Assembly (NCBI GenBank): GCA_964574875.1
Contig: CAZNOX010000001.1
Coordinates: forward strand, 80,206 to 144,205
Source of the DNA: an uncultured bacterium
Lineage (GTDB): Bacteria; Macinerneyibacteriota; Macinerneyibacteria; Macinerneyibacteriales; DSCS01
Length of the DNA stretch: 64,000 nucleotides
Direction of reading: 5' to 3'
The notes under the pieces were generated by a model that searched no databases, was not told the origin of the DNA, and saw only the letters and a list, made by a program, of their open reading frames with translations. Shown here in pieces: positions 27,354 through 37,304 of this stretch (position 1 is the stretch's first letter; each line of letters starts with the position of its first letter). Both the position numbers and the translations under genes were made by a program.

Positions 27354-28106
27354 TTAGCATTTATCCGTTTTGGTACAGATGATCATCATCTCAATGTCAT
27401 CCGGGTCAAGGGGCTGTCTATTGAACTCCCCTGGTTTGCACCCCAGGATTTCGACACGGCTGAATCCCGCCATTTCGCATAACATTGTTAATTCAGCCGG
27501 GATATAGACTCGTTGAATATCTTGAAGCCTTTCCCCATGAGCGTGATCATCGTACCACTCATCGGGTAATTGCCAGTGAACCAATCCCTGAAGGTAATCA
27601 AAGCTTTTTGCTTTTATCCTCTCGCCTCTATATTTCCTTAAGCCGTTGTAGGTTGTCAGGATCAACTTCGCACCATCGTTCAAGGAACCATGAATCGTCT
27701 TGAGTACGGAGAGATCCTGTTGCCATCCCAGAGTCCCCAATCCGGATTCACAGATACAGATCGCTCCATCGAATGTTTTCACAGGGCCGTTCAGCAATTC
27801 TGATAAGCGAAGAATGTCACTTTCAAGGAGGGTGAGTGTGACCTTGTTCTTCTCAGCCCTTTGTCTTGCTTCATCAAGCATCTTCGGAGAGATATCTATA
27901 CCGGTAACAACACATCCTGCTTTGGCTAATCCAATTGAGTGTCTCCCCGCTCCGCAACCGATATCAAGGATCGTTGAGCCGGTTTCAGCCCCAAGTTCGC
28001 TGATGATAAATCGGACCTCCTGTGGAGTTCCCTGCAGGAAATTCCGGTCGATGTGCTCCAGGCTTTCAGAAGCGAATTTCTCACTTTTCCAGGGATTCAT
28101 CATCAA
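27354..28106 (-). CDS. Class I SAM-dependent methyltransferase
   Basis: ILDIGCGAGRHS motif I, VTGIDIS, FDGAICI. Confidence 0.88.
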   Translation of the reverse strand: MMMNPWKSEKFASESLEHIDRNFLQGTPQEVRFIISELGAETGSTILDIGCGAGRHSIGLAKAGCVVTGIDISPKMLDEARQRAEKNKVTLTLLESDILRLSELLNGPVKTFDGAICICESGLGTLGWQQDLSVLKTIHGSLNDGAKLILTTYNGLRKYRGERIKAKSFDYLQGLVHWQLPDEWYDDHAHGERLQDIQRVYIPAELTMLCEMAGFSRVEILGCKPGEFNRQPLDPDDIEMMIICTKTDKC

Positions 28107-28190
28107 TTTGACTTCCTTTCCCCTTTGAACACTCTTTTGACTGGCACTTGGACATGTGTTTGTGCTCCTGTCAACGGAAGATAATAAAGA

Positions 28191-30665
28191 TTACTCTTTC
28201 TTCTCATCCAGCAGCTGGCGGACACGTCTCAGGACCTCTTCAGGGCCGTAGGGTTTCTGGATGAGCTGCATCTCTTCGTTCAGGATGAAATTCGCATGAA
28301 CCGCCGTTTTGCTGTACCCGCTGGAAAAGAGGACGGGGAGATGAGGGTCTCTCATCCTGATCTCTTCCCAGACTTCATAGCCGTTTTTCACAGGCATGAC
28401 CACATCCAGGAGAAGCAGGCGGATCTTTTCGCTGTTGCTATAATACATCTCCAGGGCTTCTTCTCCGTTTCTGGCACTCAGGACGGTATACCCGGCCTCT
28501 TCGAGGACACTCACAGCCATCTTCCGGACCGCCGGGTCGTCTTCGGCCACGAGAAGAGTCTCGTTCCCTCCTCTGACGGCTCCCTGGATCAACGGTCCCA
28601 CCGCGGCTGCTTGGCGCTCGGTCACGGGCAGGTAGATCTTGAACGTTGATCCCTGGCCGGGTTCACTGTAGGCCGTGATCATTCCTTCATGCTGTTTGAT
28701 GATCCCGAAAGCCGTAGAAAGCCCCAGCCCGGTCCCCTTCCCTTCACCTTTGGTGGTAAAGAAGGGCTCAAAGACCATCTCCAGAGTCTCTTTATCCATT
28801 CCCACTCCGGTATCCGTTACGCTGAGAAGAACAAACCGTCCCGGTTCAGCCCAGAGATGGTGAGAACAATATTCGGTATCGATGAGGACATTCTGAGTCT
28901 CAATGATCAATGTCCCCCCTTCCGGCATGGCATCCCTGGCATTGACCACCAGGTTCATCAGCACCTGCTCCATCATGGCACTGTCGGCATAGACCTCTCC
29001 CAGACGGGCACCCGGAATCCATTCCAGGCGGATATGTTCACCGATGATCCGCTGAAGCATATTCAACAGGTTTTTCACCAGGTTATTGAGCTGCAGTACC
29101 CGGGGTTCCATGACTTGCCTGCGGCTGAATGCCAGAAGCTGCTTTGTGAGGACGGAGGCTCTTTCGGCCCCTCTGATGATCTCTGCCACATATTCTCCCG
29201 ACTTGTCACCCTCTTGACAGCGGGTGGACAGAAGCTGAGCATATCCCAGGACCACCTGGAGGATATTATTGAAATCGTGAGCGATCCCGCCGGCCAGATG
29301 GCCCACAGCTTCCATTTTATGAGCCTGTCTGTACTCCTCTTCCAGGGCCAGTTCACGGGTGACATCCTGTTTCACCGCCACAAAACTTGTGATGGCGCCG
29401 TCCTCCCCCAGGATGGGAGAGATGACGCTCTTTTCCGTAAAGAGGCTCCCGTCTCTCCTCTTGTTCACCATGAGCCCCTGCCAGGTCTTGCCATGGATAA
29501 GGGCATCCCACATGGCTTCGTAAAACTCATGGTCCCGGGTCCCGCCTTTCAAAAAGGAGGGGTTTTTCCCCAGGACTTCCCGGGCAGAATAACTGGTGAC
29601 TTTTTCAAAGGCGGGGTTCACATACTGGATCGCCCCCGCACGGTCGGTGATCATGATGCTCTCCCCGGCCTGTTCAATCGCCTTGAGGAGAAGCGCATGC
29701 CTGGCCTCTTCCTCTTTTCGTTTTGTGATATCCCTTGTGACACCCAGAATTGAAACCGGCCTGTTATTGTTATAGATGATAGAAACCGACATTTCTGTCC
29801 AGATCAGCCGGCCGTCTTTATGTCTCTGCTGACATTCCAGGACTTCCCCAGGCCGAAGTCCTCCTTTTCTCTCAGCATCGATAAGCCATTGTTTGATCCG
29901 CTCTCTCCCTGAATCAGGAAGATGTACAGAGAGGTCATTCCGCAAAACCTCTTCGGGAGTAAATCCCAGGATACGTTCAATCGAAGGTGAAACATAGGTG
30001 TATTTTTTCCTCTCCAGATCCCATGCCCATACGATGTCCGCCATCTGCTCTGCCAGATGTCTGTATTTTTCTTCTTCTTTAGCCAGTTTCCGCTCCAAAC
30101 TCCTTTTTCTCCAGCTTTCCAGAAAGACAGCAGCGATGATGACAAAGGCGGGAGGATAGAAAAGCAGGACAAAGGGGCCCACCCTCCGGGCCACATCCCA
30201 TCCCATTCCTCCGGGAAGGGCCAGCTGCAACAGCATCATGATGATATGGACGATAAGCGAAGAGAGCCACAGGGGAAGGATCTTTTCCCAGCGCTTGTCT
30301 CTGCGCCTGAGTGAATAGTGGATGGACCCCACCAGAGCCGCTTCTGCGATCACCCCCACGCCCACCCAGGCTCCGGCCCCGCCGATAGAGAGGCGGAAAG
30401 CTCCGGCCATGAGGAGACTCACAAGAGCCGTGAGGGGGCCTCCGAAAAAGCCCGCCAGGCTGATGATAATGGAACGTCCGTCATAAATGACTCCGGGGGC
30501 GAATCGTAAGGGAGTCATCATCCCCGCAATGGCTGTGAGGCCAAAAATGACCCCCGTGAGAAGGCGGAAAAGTCCCTTGCGGCTCTCGATACGGCCGGCA
30601 AAAAAAAGGATAAAGACGCCCAGCGTGACAAGAAGAGTGATATTATGGACGAGTTCCAGTAACAT
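28191..30665 (-). CDS. Hybrid sensor histidine kinase: 5TM-LytS/YhcK-type input, two PAS domains, HisKA, HATPase, REC
   Basis: GVIYDGRS, PAS motifs, H-box LAGGIAHDFNNIL, NLVVNARDAM, DTGVGM, PFFTTK, GTGLGL, REC LLLDVVMP. Confidence 0.92.
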   Translation of the reverse strand: MLLELVHNITLLVTLGVFILFFAGRIESRKGLFRLLTGVIFGLTAIAGMMTPLRFAPGVIYDGRSIIISLAGFFGGPLTALVSLLMAGAFRLSIGGAGAWVGVGVIAEAALVGSIHYSLRRRDKRWEKILPLWLSSLIVHIIMMLLQLALPGGMGWDVARRVGPFVLLFYPPAFVIIAAVFLESWRKRSLERKLAKEEEKYRHLAEQMADIVWAWDLERKKYTYVSPSIERILGFTPEEVLRNDLSVHLPDSGRERIKQWLIDAERKGGLRPGEVLECQQRHKDGRLIWTEMSVSIIYNNNRPVSILGVTRDITKRKEEEARHALLLKAIEQAGESIMITDRAGAIQYVNPAFEKVTSYSAREVLGKNPSFLKGGTRDHEFYEAMWDALIHGKTWQGLMVNKRRDGSLFTEKSVISPILGEDGAITSFVAVKQDVTRELALEEEYRQAHKMEAVGHLAGGIAHDFNNILQVVLGYAQLLSTRCQEGDKSGEYVAEIIRGAERASVLTKQLLAFSRRQVMEPRVLQLNNLVKNLLNMLQRIIGEHIRLEWIPGARLGEVYADSAMMEQVLMNLVVNARDAMPEGGTLIIETQNVLIDTEYCSHHLWAEPGRFVLLSVTDTGVGMDKETLEMVFEPFFTTKGEGKGTGLGLSTAFGIIKQHEGMITAYSEPGQGSTFKIYLPVTERQAAAVGPLIQGAVRGGNETLLVAEDDPAVRKMAVSVLEEAGYTVLSARNGEEALEMYYSNSEKIRLLLLDVVMPVKNGYEVWEEIRMRDPHLPVLFSSGYSKTAVHANFILNEEMQLIQKPYGPEEVLRRVRQLLDEKKE

Positions 30666-30775
30666 GTCTCCCCTCTCAGATGATCAGGACATGCGGATTG
30701 TAATCTTTTCAGTATTCTTTTTTAACTATACCAGATTCTTTCCTGTTGAACAGTTTTTTTATAAGAGAGCGGTGG

Positions 30776-32353
30776 TTATTGAATCTCTGTCCGGGCCCCG
30801 GGAAGGAAAATACGCATGACGGTTCCCTTTTTTTTATGCGACTCCACCTCGATGCGTCCGTCCATATTCATGATGTTTTTTTTGACGATGGCCAGGCCCA
30901 ATCCGGCGCCCTTTTTCTTTTTGGAGTAGAAAGGCGTAAAAATATGATTCAATTCCCCGGGGTCCATGCCGATTCCCTTGTCCCTGACTTCCACACAGCA
31001 TTCCCCGTTCTCATCCCTGATGTCCACTTCGACAGGGCCTTCTGTGGTTTCAGAGGCTTCCACGGCATTCCAGATGAGGTTGTTGAATGTCTGGATCAGG
31101 AGATTCCTGTCTCCCACCACAAAGAGAGGTTCTCCTGTGAGCCGGATCTCTTTTTCTGTGAGGACAGAGAGCATGAGGATCACTTCACGGATGAGCTCCT
31201 TGATGGGAACCGCCTTCTTTTCCACCTGCTCCCCTTTGACAAAATCAAGAAAATCGGTCACGATCTTGTTGAGCCGCTCCGCTTCCCTTAAGATCAGTCC
31301 GTAGAGGTGTTTGTCTTTTTCATTGAAGGGCCTCTCGTCCAGAAGCTGGATGCTTCCGTAGAGAGACGCCAGGGGGTTTCTGAGTTCATGGGCCATTCCG
31401 GCCCCTAACGTCCCCAGGTAGGCCAGTTTATCCATCTCCATAAGTTTCTCTTCCAGGGCTTTTCTGGCTGTGATGTCATGGACAAGGACCATGTAGCCCA
31501 TGTCGTTGTCGTTTTTACGGATGGCGGAGATCTGCACATTGAACGATTGCTGTCCTCTCTTGAGGTCGTCCCCGTAATTCTCCACATGATGCTGGTAGAC
31601 TTTCTTCATGGCAATGGTGATCTCATCAGGAAGGACCTGGGCATAGGGAAGCCCCAGCTTCAGCCGTTTCCCCGCAAAAATCTCCCCGAGAGAGTTCCAA
31701 CGGCTGAGAAGGCCCTGATGATCAAAGACAAAGAGAGAAAACGTCACATTTTCGAAAATATCGTCCAGAAGGATCCGCTGGACTTCAAACTCCTCCCCTT
31801 TTTTCAAATAGGCCATCCCGAGGTTCGAGATGACATAGCTGGCGATATAGAAGAGGACCAGGTTGATAAAGAGGGTCAAAAAGGCCATCTCCTGGGTGGC
31901 TGCGGGATTCATGAGGGCCCCGGTGACATCACGGACGGGGATCTGCTCGGTGAGGAGAAGCACAAAGGAGCTGATATAGAAAAGACTCACCACTGTGGCC
32001 ACAAGGACGGAACCCCGGTCATAGAAGAAGACTCCTGCAGCCAGGATGATGAGGTAGAAGAGGAGAGGAAGGTCACTGTCCACCACTCCTCCGTCAAAAA
32101 AACTCAGCGCTGTGATCAGAAAGACATCAAAGAAAAAATGGGCATAGAGGAAAGTCTTGACGCTTTGGAGACGATGCAGAAGAGCCAGGGAAAAGAGAAA
32201 AAGAAGGTTGACCCCGATCAACGTCCCCAGAAAAAATGTTTTTGAGAGATTGGGCGCCGAGCTCATGAAGAAGAGAAAAGCAGCGACAAAATTGATGATA
32301 GCGATGCGGACGATGAGATAGACGAATGTCTTTTTGCGGAGATCAGGGTTCAT
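30776..32353 (-). CDS. Membrane sensor histidine kinase, PilS/NtrB-like (about 6 TM, PAS-like, HisKA, HATPase)
   Basis: H-box MAHELRNPL, NLIWNA, DKGIGM, FYSKK, GAGLGL; start ATG 32353 overlaps the yraN stop. Confidence 0.88.
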   Translation of the reverse strand: MNPDLRKKTFVYLIVRIAIINFVAAFLFFMSSAPNLSKTFFLGTLIGVNLLFLFSLALLHRLQSVKTFLYAHFFFDVFLITALSFFDGGVVDSDLPLLFYLIILAAGVFFYDRGSVLVATVVSLFYISSFVLLLTEQIPVRDVTGALMNPAATQEMAFLTLFINLVLFYIASYVISNLGMAYLKKGEEFEVQRILLDDIFENVTFSLFVFDHQGLLSRWNSLGEIFAGKRLKLGLPYAQVLPDEITIAMKKVYQHHVENYGDDLKRGQQSFNVQISAIRKNDNDMGYMVLVHDITARKALEEKLMEMDKLAYLGTLGAGMAHELRNPLASLYGSIQLLDERPFNEKDKHLYGLILREAERLNKIVTDFLDFVKGEQVEKKAVPIKELIREVILMLSVLTEKEIRLTGEPLFVVGDRNLLIQTFNNLIWNAVEASETTEGPVEVDIRDENGECCVEVRDKGIGMDPGELNHIFTPFYSKKKKGAGLGLAIVKKNIMNMDGRIEVESHKKKGTVMRIFLPGARTEIQ

Positions 32354-32699
32354 CAAAAGCTCCTTCAATATGGACAAGTGTCTCGTCTGAAAGGCCGATG
32401 GCGTCAAACCGGAATGTCGTTTTCGCGGGCCATCTCTTCCCATGAGTCCTGATATAGGAGTAGGCTGCTTTCACGATCTTTTTCTGTTTTTCAGTTGTGA
32501 TGACCTCAAGGGAGGGAGGGGCCGCGCCTTTTCTGTATTTCACCTCGCAAAAGACGATATCCCCACGGTCCCGGGCAACGATATCGATCTCCCCCAGTGG
32601 AGTCGTGTAATTTCTCGCCAGGATCTGATATCCCTTTTTTTCCAGATACACGGCTGCCCGCTGTTCAGCAGAAAACCCGATGTCCCGGCTCTTATCCAC
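32343..32699 (-). CDS. yraN: YraN family protein (UPF0102, PD-(D/E)xK-like)
   Basis: AEQRAAVYLEKKGYQILARN, GEIDIVA, FCEVKYR, RFDAI. Confidence 0.93.
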   Translation of the reverse strand: MDKSRDIGFSAEQRAAVYLEKKGYQILARNYTTPLGEIDIVARDRGDIVFCEVKYRKGAAPPSLEVITTEKQKKIVKAAYSYIRTHGKRWPAKTTFRFDAIGLSDETLVHIEGAFDEP

Positions 32700-34083
32700 G
32701 TTTCACCCCGGTGACTTTATAGACGGTCACAGGCTCCACCCGGTTTTTGACGATAAAATCCCCGAGCGGGACACACTCCACAAGATCACGGACCTCTTCA
32801 TATGTCGCTGCCGAGATGAGAAGCTCATTTTCTCCTGCCAGCCCTTCAAGGCGCGAAGCGGTGTTCACCGTATCCCCGATAACCGTATACTCCGTCCGTT
32901 GTCCTGATCCGATATTTCCCACCAGGGTATCCCCGGAGTTGATCCCGATTCCCAGGTAGATGGGCTCTTCGCCCCAGGAAAGACGCTGCTTGTTATACTC
33001 AGCCATGTGTTCGATCATGGCCAGCCCTGCCTGAATAGCGTGATAAGCGTGGTTTTCATCAGGGACAGGGGCGCCATAGATGGCCAGCAGGCCGTCACCG
33101 AGGAATTTATCCAGGGTCCCGTGATATTGGAAGACGATATCCACCATGCGTGTGAGGTAACTGTTGAGAAAACGCACGATATCTTTCGGCGGAAGCTTCT
33201 CGCTGAATGAGGTGAATCCCCGGATATCGGCAAACATAATGGATAACCGGACCACCTCGCCGCCGAAACTCACTTTGTCTCGGTTTTTCAGGATAAAATC
33301 GGCGATATCCGGGCTGAGGTACTTGGAAAACATATCCCTGATGATCTCTTTTTCCCGGAGGCTGGCCACCATGGTATTGAATTCACGGGTCAGGTCACCG
33401 ATCTCGTCGTTGCTCTTCACGCGCACAGCGGTCTGGTAGTTTCCCCGGGCCAGGGCTTCCACCCCCTGATGAAGCTGGTTCAAGGGCTTCACAATAACAG
33501 TAAAGATCAGGTAGACAAAGATGACGACGATGACCAGGTCGGCTGCCGTGAGGCCGATGGTCTTCAGAAGGACCCGCTGAAGAAGCCTCCCGATGGCTTC
33601 CCTGGAATATTTCACGCTAATGGTCCCCCGTGATTCTCCCCCCCAACGCCTGATATCCGCTTTCAGCGTGTAGAGCCCCTCGCGATAACGTGTCACCGAT
33701 GTCTCCCGCCGTAAAAGAACCTCGCCGTTCTCCGGTTCAGGTGATTCAGAGATTCCGTTTTTCAACCGCTCGATATCAGAATGGGCGATGAGTTTCCCCT
33801 GGTTATCGATCAACGTGACTTCCCGGACATCGGGATTCTTCCGGATATTCACCACGATCTGCTGAAGAGAGAGGAGGTCAGACCGGTTGAGGGCCATGTA
33901 CTCTTCGGCGATCACTGCCGCATTTTCCGCCACTGTCGCCATGGTCTCCAGGCGTTCTTTTTCCAGGTTCTCGGCCACCTCTTTAAAGATCAGGATATTG
34001 AAAACAATATAAGTGGGGAGAAACGCCAGCAAAAACCCGATGAGGAATTTCGTCTTCAGTGAGATCCGTAAGCGCTCTTTCAT
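32692..34083 (-). CDS. Membrane-anchored class III adenylate cyclase with sensor (Cache-like) and HAMP domains
   Basis: MFADIRGFT, DKFLGDG, YTVIGDTVNTASRLE; HAMP KPLNQL..DEIGDLTREFNTM. Confidence 0.92.
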   Translation of the reverse strand: MKERLRISLKTKFLIGFLLAFLPTYIVFNILIFKEVAENLEKERLETMATVAENAAVIAEEYMALNRSDLLSLQQIVVNIRKNPDVREVTLIDNQGKLIAHSDIERLKNGISESPEPENGEVLLRRETSVTRYREGLYTLKADIRRWGGESRGTISVKYSREAIGRLLQRVLLKTIGLTAADLVIVVIFVYLIFTVIVKPLNQLHQGVEALARGNYQTAVRVKSNDEIGDLTREFNTMVASLREKEIIRDMFSKYLSPDIADFILKNRDKVSFGGEVVRLSIMFADIRGFTSFSEKLPPKDIVRFLNSYLTRMVDIVFQYHGTLDKFLGDGLLAIYGAPVPDENHAYHAIQAGLAMIEHMAEYNKQRLSWGEEPIYLGIGINSGDTLVGNIGSGQRTEYTVIGDTVNTASRLEGLAGENELLISAATYEEVRDLVECVPLGDFIVKNRVEPVTVYKVTGVKRG

Positions 34084-36107
34084 GGAGTGATCCGCTTTCG
34101 CGCCCTTTCCAGATAGTCAGAGACGTTCTTATATCCGGGGATGAGGGATTCCGCCTGTTCCCAGGCTTCGATAGCTTCCCTGAAATGGCCTTCCGTATAG
34201 TAGCGGATCCCTTCCAGATAGAGGCTTTCGGCCTTGTCTGACTTGATATTCTCTTCCAGAAGCCCCAGGTCCACCGCCCTGGCCCTCGCCCAGGCATCAC
34301 CGGGACGGATAAAGAGGATCTCATTGATAGCGGCTTTCATGGCCGGGACATCCTGGTTCAGCTGATGAAGAAGATACTGATCCTTCAATTCCTGGACTGT
34401 CTCGTTCTCCCGCCGTGAGATCAGGCGGAGCATCCGGGAGGCCTCCTTCTGATAATCGGCATAAGCCAGGGCCCTGTTGAAATACGAACGGGCACGCCTG
34501 AAATTGTTTTTATCCAGATAATACCGCCCTGTATTCAGGAGAGAGCGGACAGTCCGGCGCTCTTTCTTTGCTTCCATGGAAAGGATCTCGGCTTTGTATT
34601 TTTCTGCCGTCTCTCCGGAGAGGAGTGTCTTTTCCTTCTCCAGGGCCCGGGAGGCCTCCTGATAAGCTCCCGAAGCGATGAGTTTGTCCAATGATGAAAG
34701 CAACCGCTCCTGCTTCACCTGATAGAGGGGATAGAGCCGGATGTAGAGCTCCTCTCCCTGGGGATTATTCGGCCAGAGGCTCAGGCCCTTGACCAGATAA
34801 TGGTAGGCTTCACCTGGAGATTCCTTTTTAAAAAGATCCTCAGCCAGGCGGCAGTAGACCGTCGAAGCTTTCAGCCTTTTTTTCCCGTTTTTATCCTCCC
34901 AGAGACGGAGAAGCTCGTTTTTTTGAGCCAGGGTACCGTCCCCCTTCAGAGGATCCCGGACACTTCCGGAGATCTCGGCTTCGATGTGTTGTGTGATCAG
35001 GGCCTCTTCAAGATCCCCCTCCTCAGCCAATCGTTTTTTATCTTCCTGCAGAAGGGCGATGTACTTCTCTCTGATCGCCTGGAACCGGCTGACATTCTCA
35101 GCGTTCTGTTCCCGTTCCATGGCTTTCTTGGAATAGTAGTAGGCAGGCTCCCACTCTTTGACCCCGGCAAAATAGAGAGCGATATTTTTCATGACTTCCA
35201 GGGGAGCGCCCATGGTGTTCATCATGATCCCGTAGATCTCCAGCGCCGTCATGAGGTCATCGTCTTCTGTCAACCCCTTGGCCGCCTGCTGAAGGAGCTC
35301 TTCGATCCCCGGGTAATGGGGCTCATATTCAAGAAGACGCGTCAACGCATCCACAGCCCTTTCCCATTGTTTCTTCTGAATAAAATATCCCGACTCAAAC
35401 GCGAGGATCTCAGAGGCTTCCCGGACACGGCTCTCCCTCTTTTCGATCAAAAAAAGGATGGGGGCGCGGGCTTGATCAAGAGAGGCTTCGCAGCTCTTCT
35501 CCTCGCCTCTGTAATATTCAAAATGGATCAGGCGGTTATAAGCGACGACCAATGCCGCGGCGGCTTTTCCTTTCAGAGACTCCTCACCCCGGGCAAAGGC
35601 TTTCTCATAATACGCCACCGCTTTTTCATCATGTCCCTGGTTGACAGCGATCTCCCCCAGATAGAAATGAAGGAGAGGGTCTTCAGAATGTCCCTCCAGG
35701 GCCTTTTCGAAAATATACCGGCTGGAGAGGTAGTCGCCCTTATCGTAGAGCCCCTTTCCCAGAGAATAAAGAAGGCCGTAAAAATCATCTGTATAGGGAC
35801 CCTTTCTCATCTTGTCATAGGGAAGGAAATAGAACGAGGCGCTGTCATAATCCTGTCTGGCCAGATAGGCCCTGATGAGAAGCTCCAGGGTCCGCGCATC
35901 ATCTTCATCTTTTTCGATCATCTCACGGGCCAGAGCGATGGTATCGAGGAAGTACCCCGAGGTATAATAGGCTTCCAGGAGATTCCTTTTCAGAGTGATA
36001 TTGCCGGGCTCAAGAGAGAGCCCTTTTTTCAGCGTATCGATGTCTAAGGCTTTCAGAGAGAGGAGGCAGGTCAGGAGGAGAAAGAGGACAAGGGCCGGAC
36101 GTCTCAT
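34080..36107 (-). CDS. Exported tetratricopeptide repeat protein
   Basis: Signal peptide MRRPALVLFLLLTCLLSLKA; multiple TPRs ending YLEGIRYYTEGHFREAIEAWE. Confidence 0.8.
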   Translation of the reverse strand: MRRPALVLFLLLTCLLSLKALDIDTLKKGLSLEPGNITLKRNLLEAYYTSGYFLDTIALAREMIEKDEDDARTLELLIRAYLARQDYDSASFYFLPYDKMRKGPYTDDFYGLLYSLGKGLYDKGDYLSSRYIFEKALEGHSEDPLLHFYLGEIAVNQGHDEKAVAYYEKAFARGEESLKGKAAAALVVAYNRLIHFEYYRGEEKSCEASLDQARAPILFLIEKRESRVREASEILAFESGYFIQKKQWERAVDALTRLLEYEPHYPGIEELLQQAAKGLTEDDDLMTALEIYGIMMNTMGAPLEVMKNIALYFAGVKEWEPAYYYSKKAMEREQNAENVSRFQAIREKYIALLQEDKKRLAEEGDLEEALITQHIEAEISGSVRDPLKGDGTLAQKNELLRLWEDKNGKKRLKASTVYCRLAEDLFKKESPGEAYHYLVKGLSLWPNNPQGEELYIRLYPLYQVKQERLLSSLDKLIASGAYQEASRALEKEKTLLSGETAEKYKAEILSMEAKKERRTVRSLLNTGRYYLDKNNFRRARSYFNRALAYADYQKEASRMLRLISRRENETVQELKDQYLLHQLNQDVPAMKAAINEILFIRPGDAWARARAVDLGLLEENIKSDKAESLYLEGIRYYTEGHFREAIEAWEQAESLIPGYKNVSDYLERARKRITP

Positions 36108-36460
36108 AACGTACGGATCACGCCATTGTTCTCCCCTAAAACGATAACTTTCGGTGTGTACGATCGGGCTTCTTCAGGGGTCATCAGAGCATAGGAGATG
36201 ATCACGACTTCATCGCCCACCATCCCTTTCCGGGCCGCCGGGCCGTTGAGCCCGATCTGCCGTTTTCCACGCTCGCCGACGATGACATAGGTCTCCAGAC
36301 GTTCTCCGTTGCTCTTGTTCACCACCTGGACCTTTTCGCCGGGCAGGAGCCCGGCCATATCCATCAGTTCTTCGTCTATGGTAATGCTCCCCTCATAATC
36401 GAGATGAGCATAGGTGATCTGCGCCTTGTGGAGTTTGCACTTCATGATCTGTATGAGCAT
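36104..36460 (-). CDS. panD: Aspartate 1-decarboxylase
   Basis: KLHKAQIT, YEGSITID (Gly-Ser self-cleavage site), NGERLETY, NGPAAR. Confidence 0.96.
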   Translation of the reverse strand: MLIQIMKCKLHKAQITYAHLDYEGSITIDEELMDMAGLLPGEKVQVVNKSNGERLETYVIVGERGKRQIGLNGPAARKGMVGDEVVIISYALMTPEEARSYTPKVIVLGENNGVIRTL

Positions 36461-36557
36461 AGTTCCCCCTTTCACACAACTATAATGAAACTTGCCCCGA
36501 TTTTCAAGTGCTATTTATCTCCTTGCAAGCATGGGGAAGCCTGCTATTCTCAAGAGG

Positions 36558-37256
36558 ATGAAAAAGATCATTCTTTCCCTGCTCCTCATCCATCTTGTCT
36601 CCCCTGTTCTCTTTTCGGCTGAAATATGCGAGTATAAGGTCACCGCTTACGGCATCTCCTTTGCCCGGGCGACGATCGTCACAAGAGAACAGAACGGCCG
36701 CCTTGACCACTATGTCCATGTGAAGAACACTTTTCCCGCTTCTCTCATCCGCTCAGTGGACAACCGCTATCTGACCCAGATCGATATCAAGACAGGGTCC
36801 CCTTTGAAACAGGAAAAATACCTGGGAGGACTGAACGGGGAGTATCACATCAACATCTTTACACCGGGAGAGGACGGGTTCTTCGGTGACGGTAAACATT
36901 ATCAGGCCCCTGACACACCTCTTCACACGCTCTTTTCTCTCTTCGAACTGATCCGCCGGACGCGCCCTGTCAAACCAGCTCGATTTTCCGCAGTCTCCTG
37001 CAACACCCTATGGACCGTGACCGTGATGCCTCTCTCTTCTGCCTCCTACCGCCTGACTTTTGCATCGGATGCTCCCATCAATGAGTTAAAAACACGCTAT
37101 GACGACATCTTTTTAAAAGAGGTCTTCTGGAACTCCGGAGAAGTGGACCTTTTCTTCAATCCCCATGGCCCATTGGACAAGGCCGTTCTCAACTCCTTTT
37201 CACCTCCGGTGACACTCTCACTTACCGGGTGGAGCATGTCTCTCAATAAACCTTGA
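36558..37256 (+). CDS. Exported hypothetical protein (possibly DUF3108-like)
   Basis: Signal peptide MKKIILSLLLIHLVSPVLFSA; TTGCAA-N16-TATTCT promoter at 36523-36550 immediately upstream. Confidence 0.55.
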   Translation: MKKIILSLLLIHLVSPVLFSAEICEYKVTAYGISFARATIVTREQNGRLDHYVHVKNTFPASLIRSVDNRYLTQIDIKTGSPLKQEKYLGGLNGEYHINIFTPGEDGFFGDGKHYQAPDTPLHTLFSLFELIRRTRPVKPARFSAVSCNTLWTVTVMPLSSASYRLTFASDAPINELKTRYDDIFLKEVFWNSGEVDLFFNPHGPLDKAVLNSFSPPVTLSLTGWSMSLNKP

Positions 37257-37280
37257 CAGAAGGGGCATTTCCAGTATATT
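37253..37280 (+). promoter_or_regulatory. Promoter of proS
   Basis: TTGACA-N16-TATATT, then AAGGAG RBS. Confidence 0.7.
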
Positions 37281-37304
37281 TAGCAAAAATGAAGGAGTGA
37301 TGGT

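Noticed and set aside
28169-28174. TTGACA on the minus strand as the methyltransferase promoter
   Set aside because: No TAnnnT hexamer at 16-18 nt spacing; treated instead as part of the flanking direct repeat
27156-30700. Integrated prophage or genomic island at tRNA-Asn
   Set aside because: No integrase, phage genes or duplicated tRNA 3' end in the window; only the single cassette-like gene is reported
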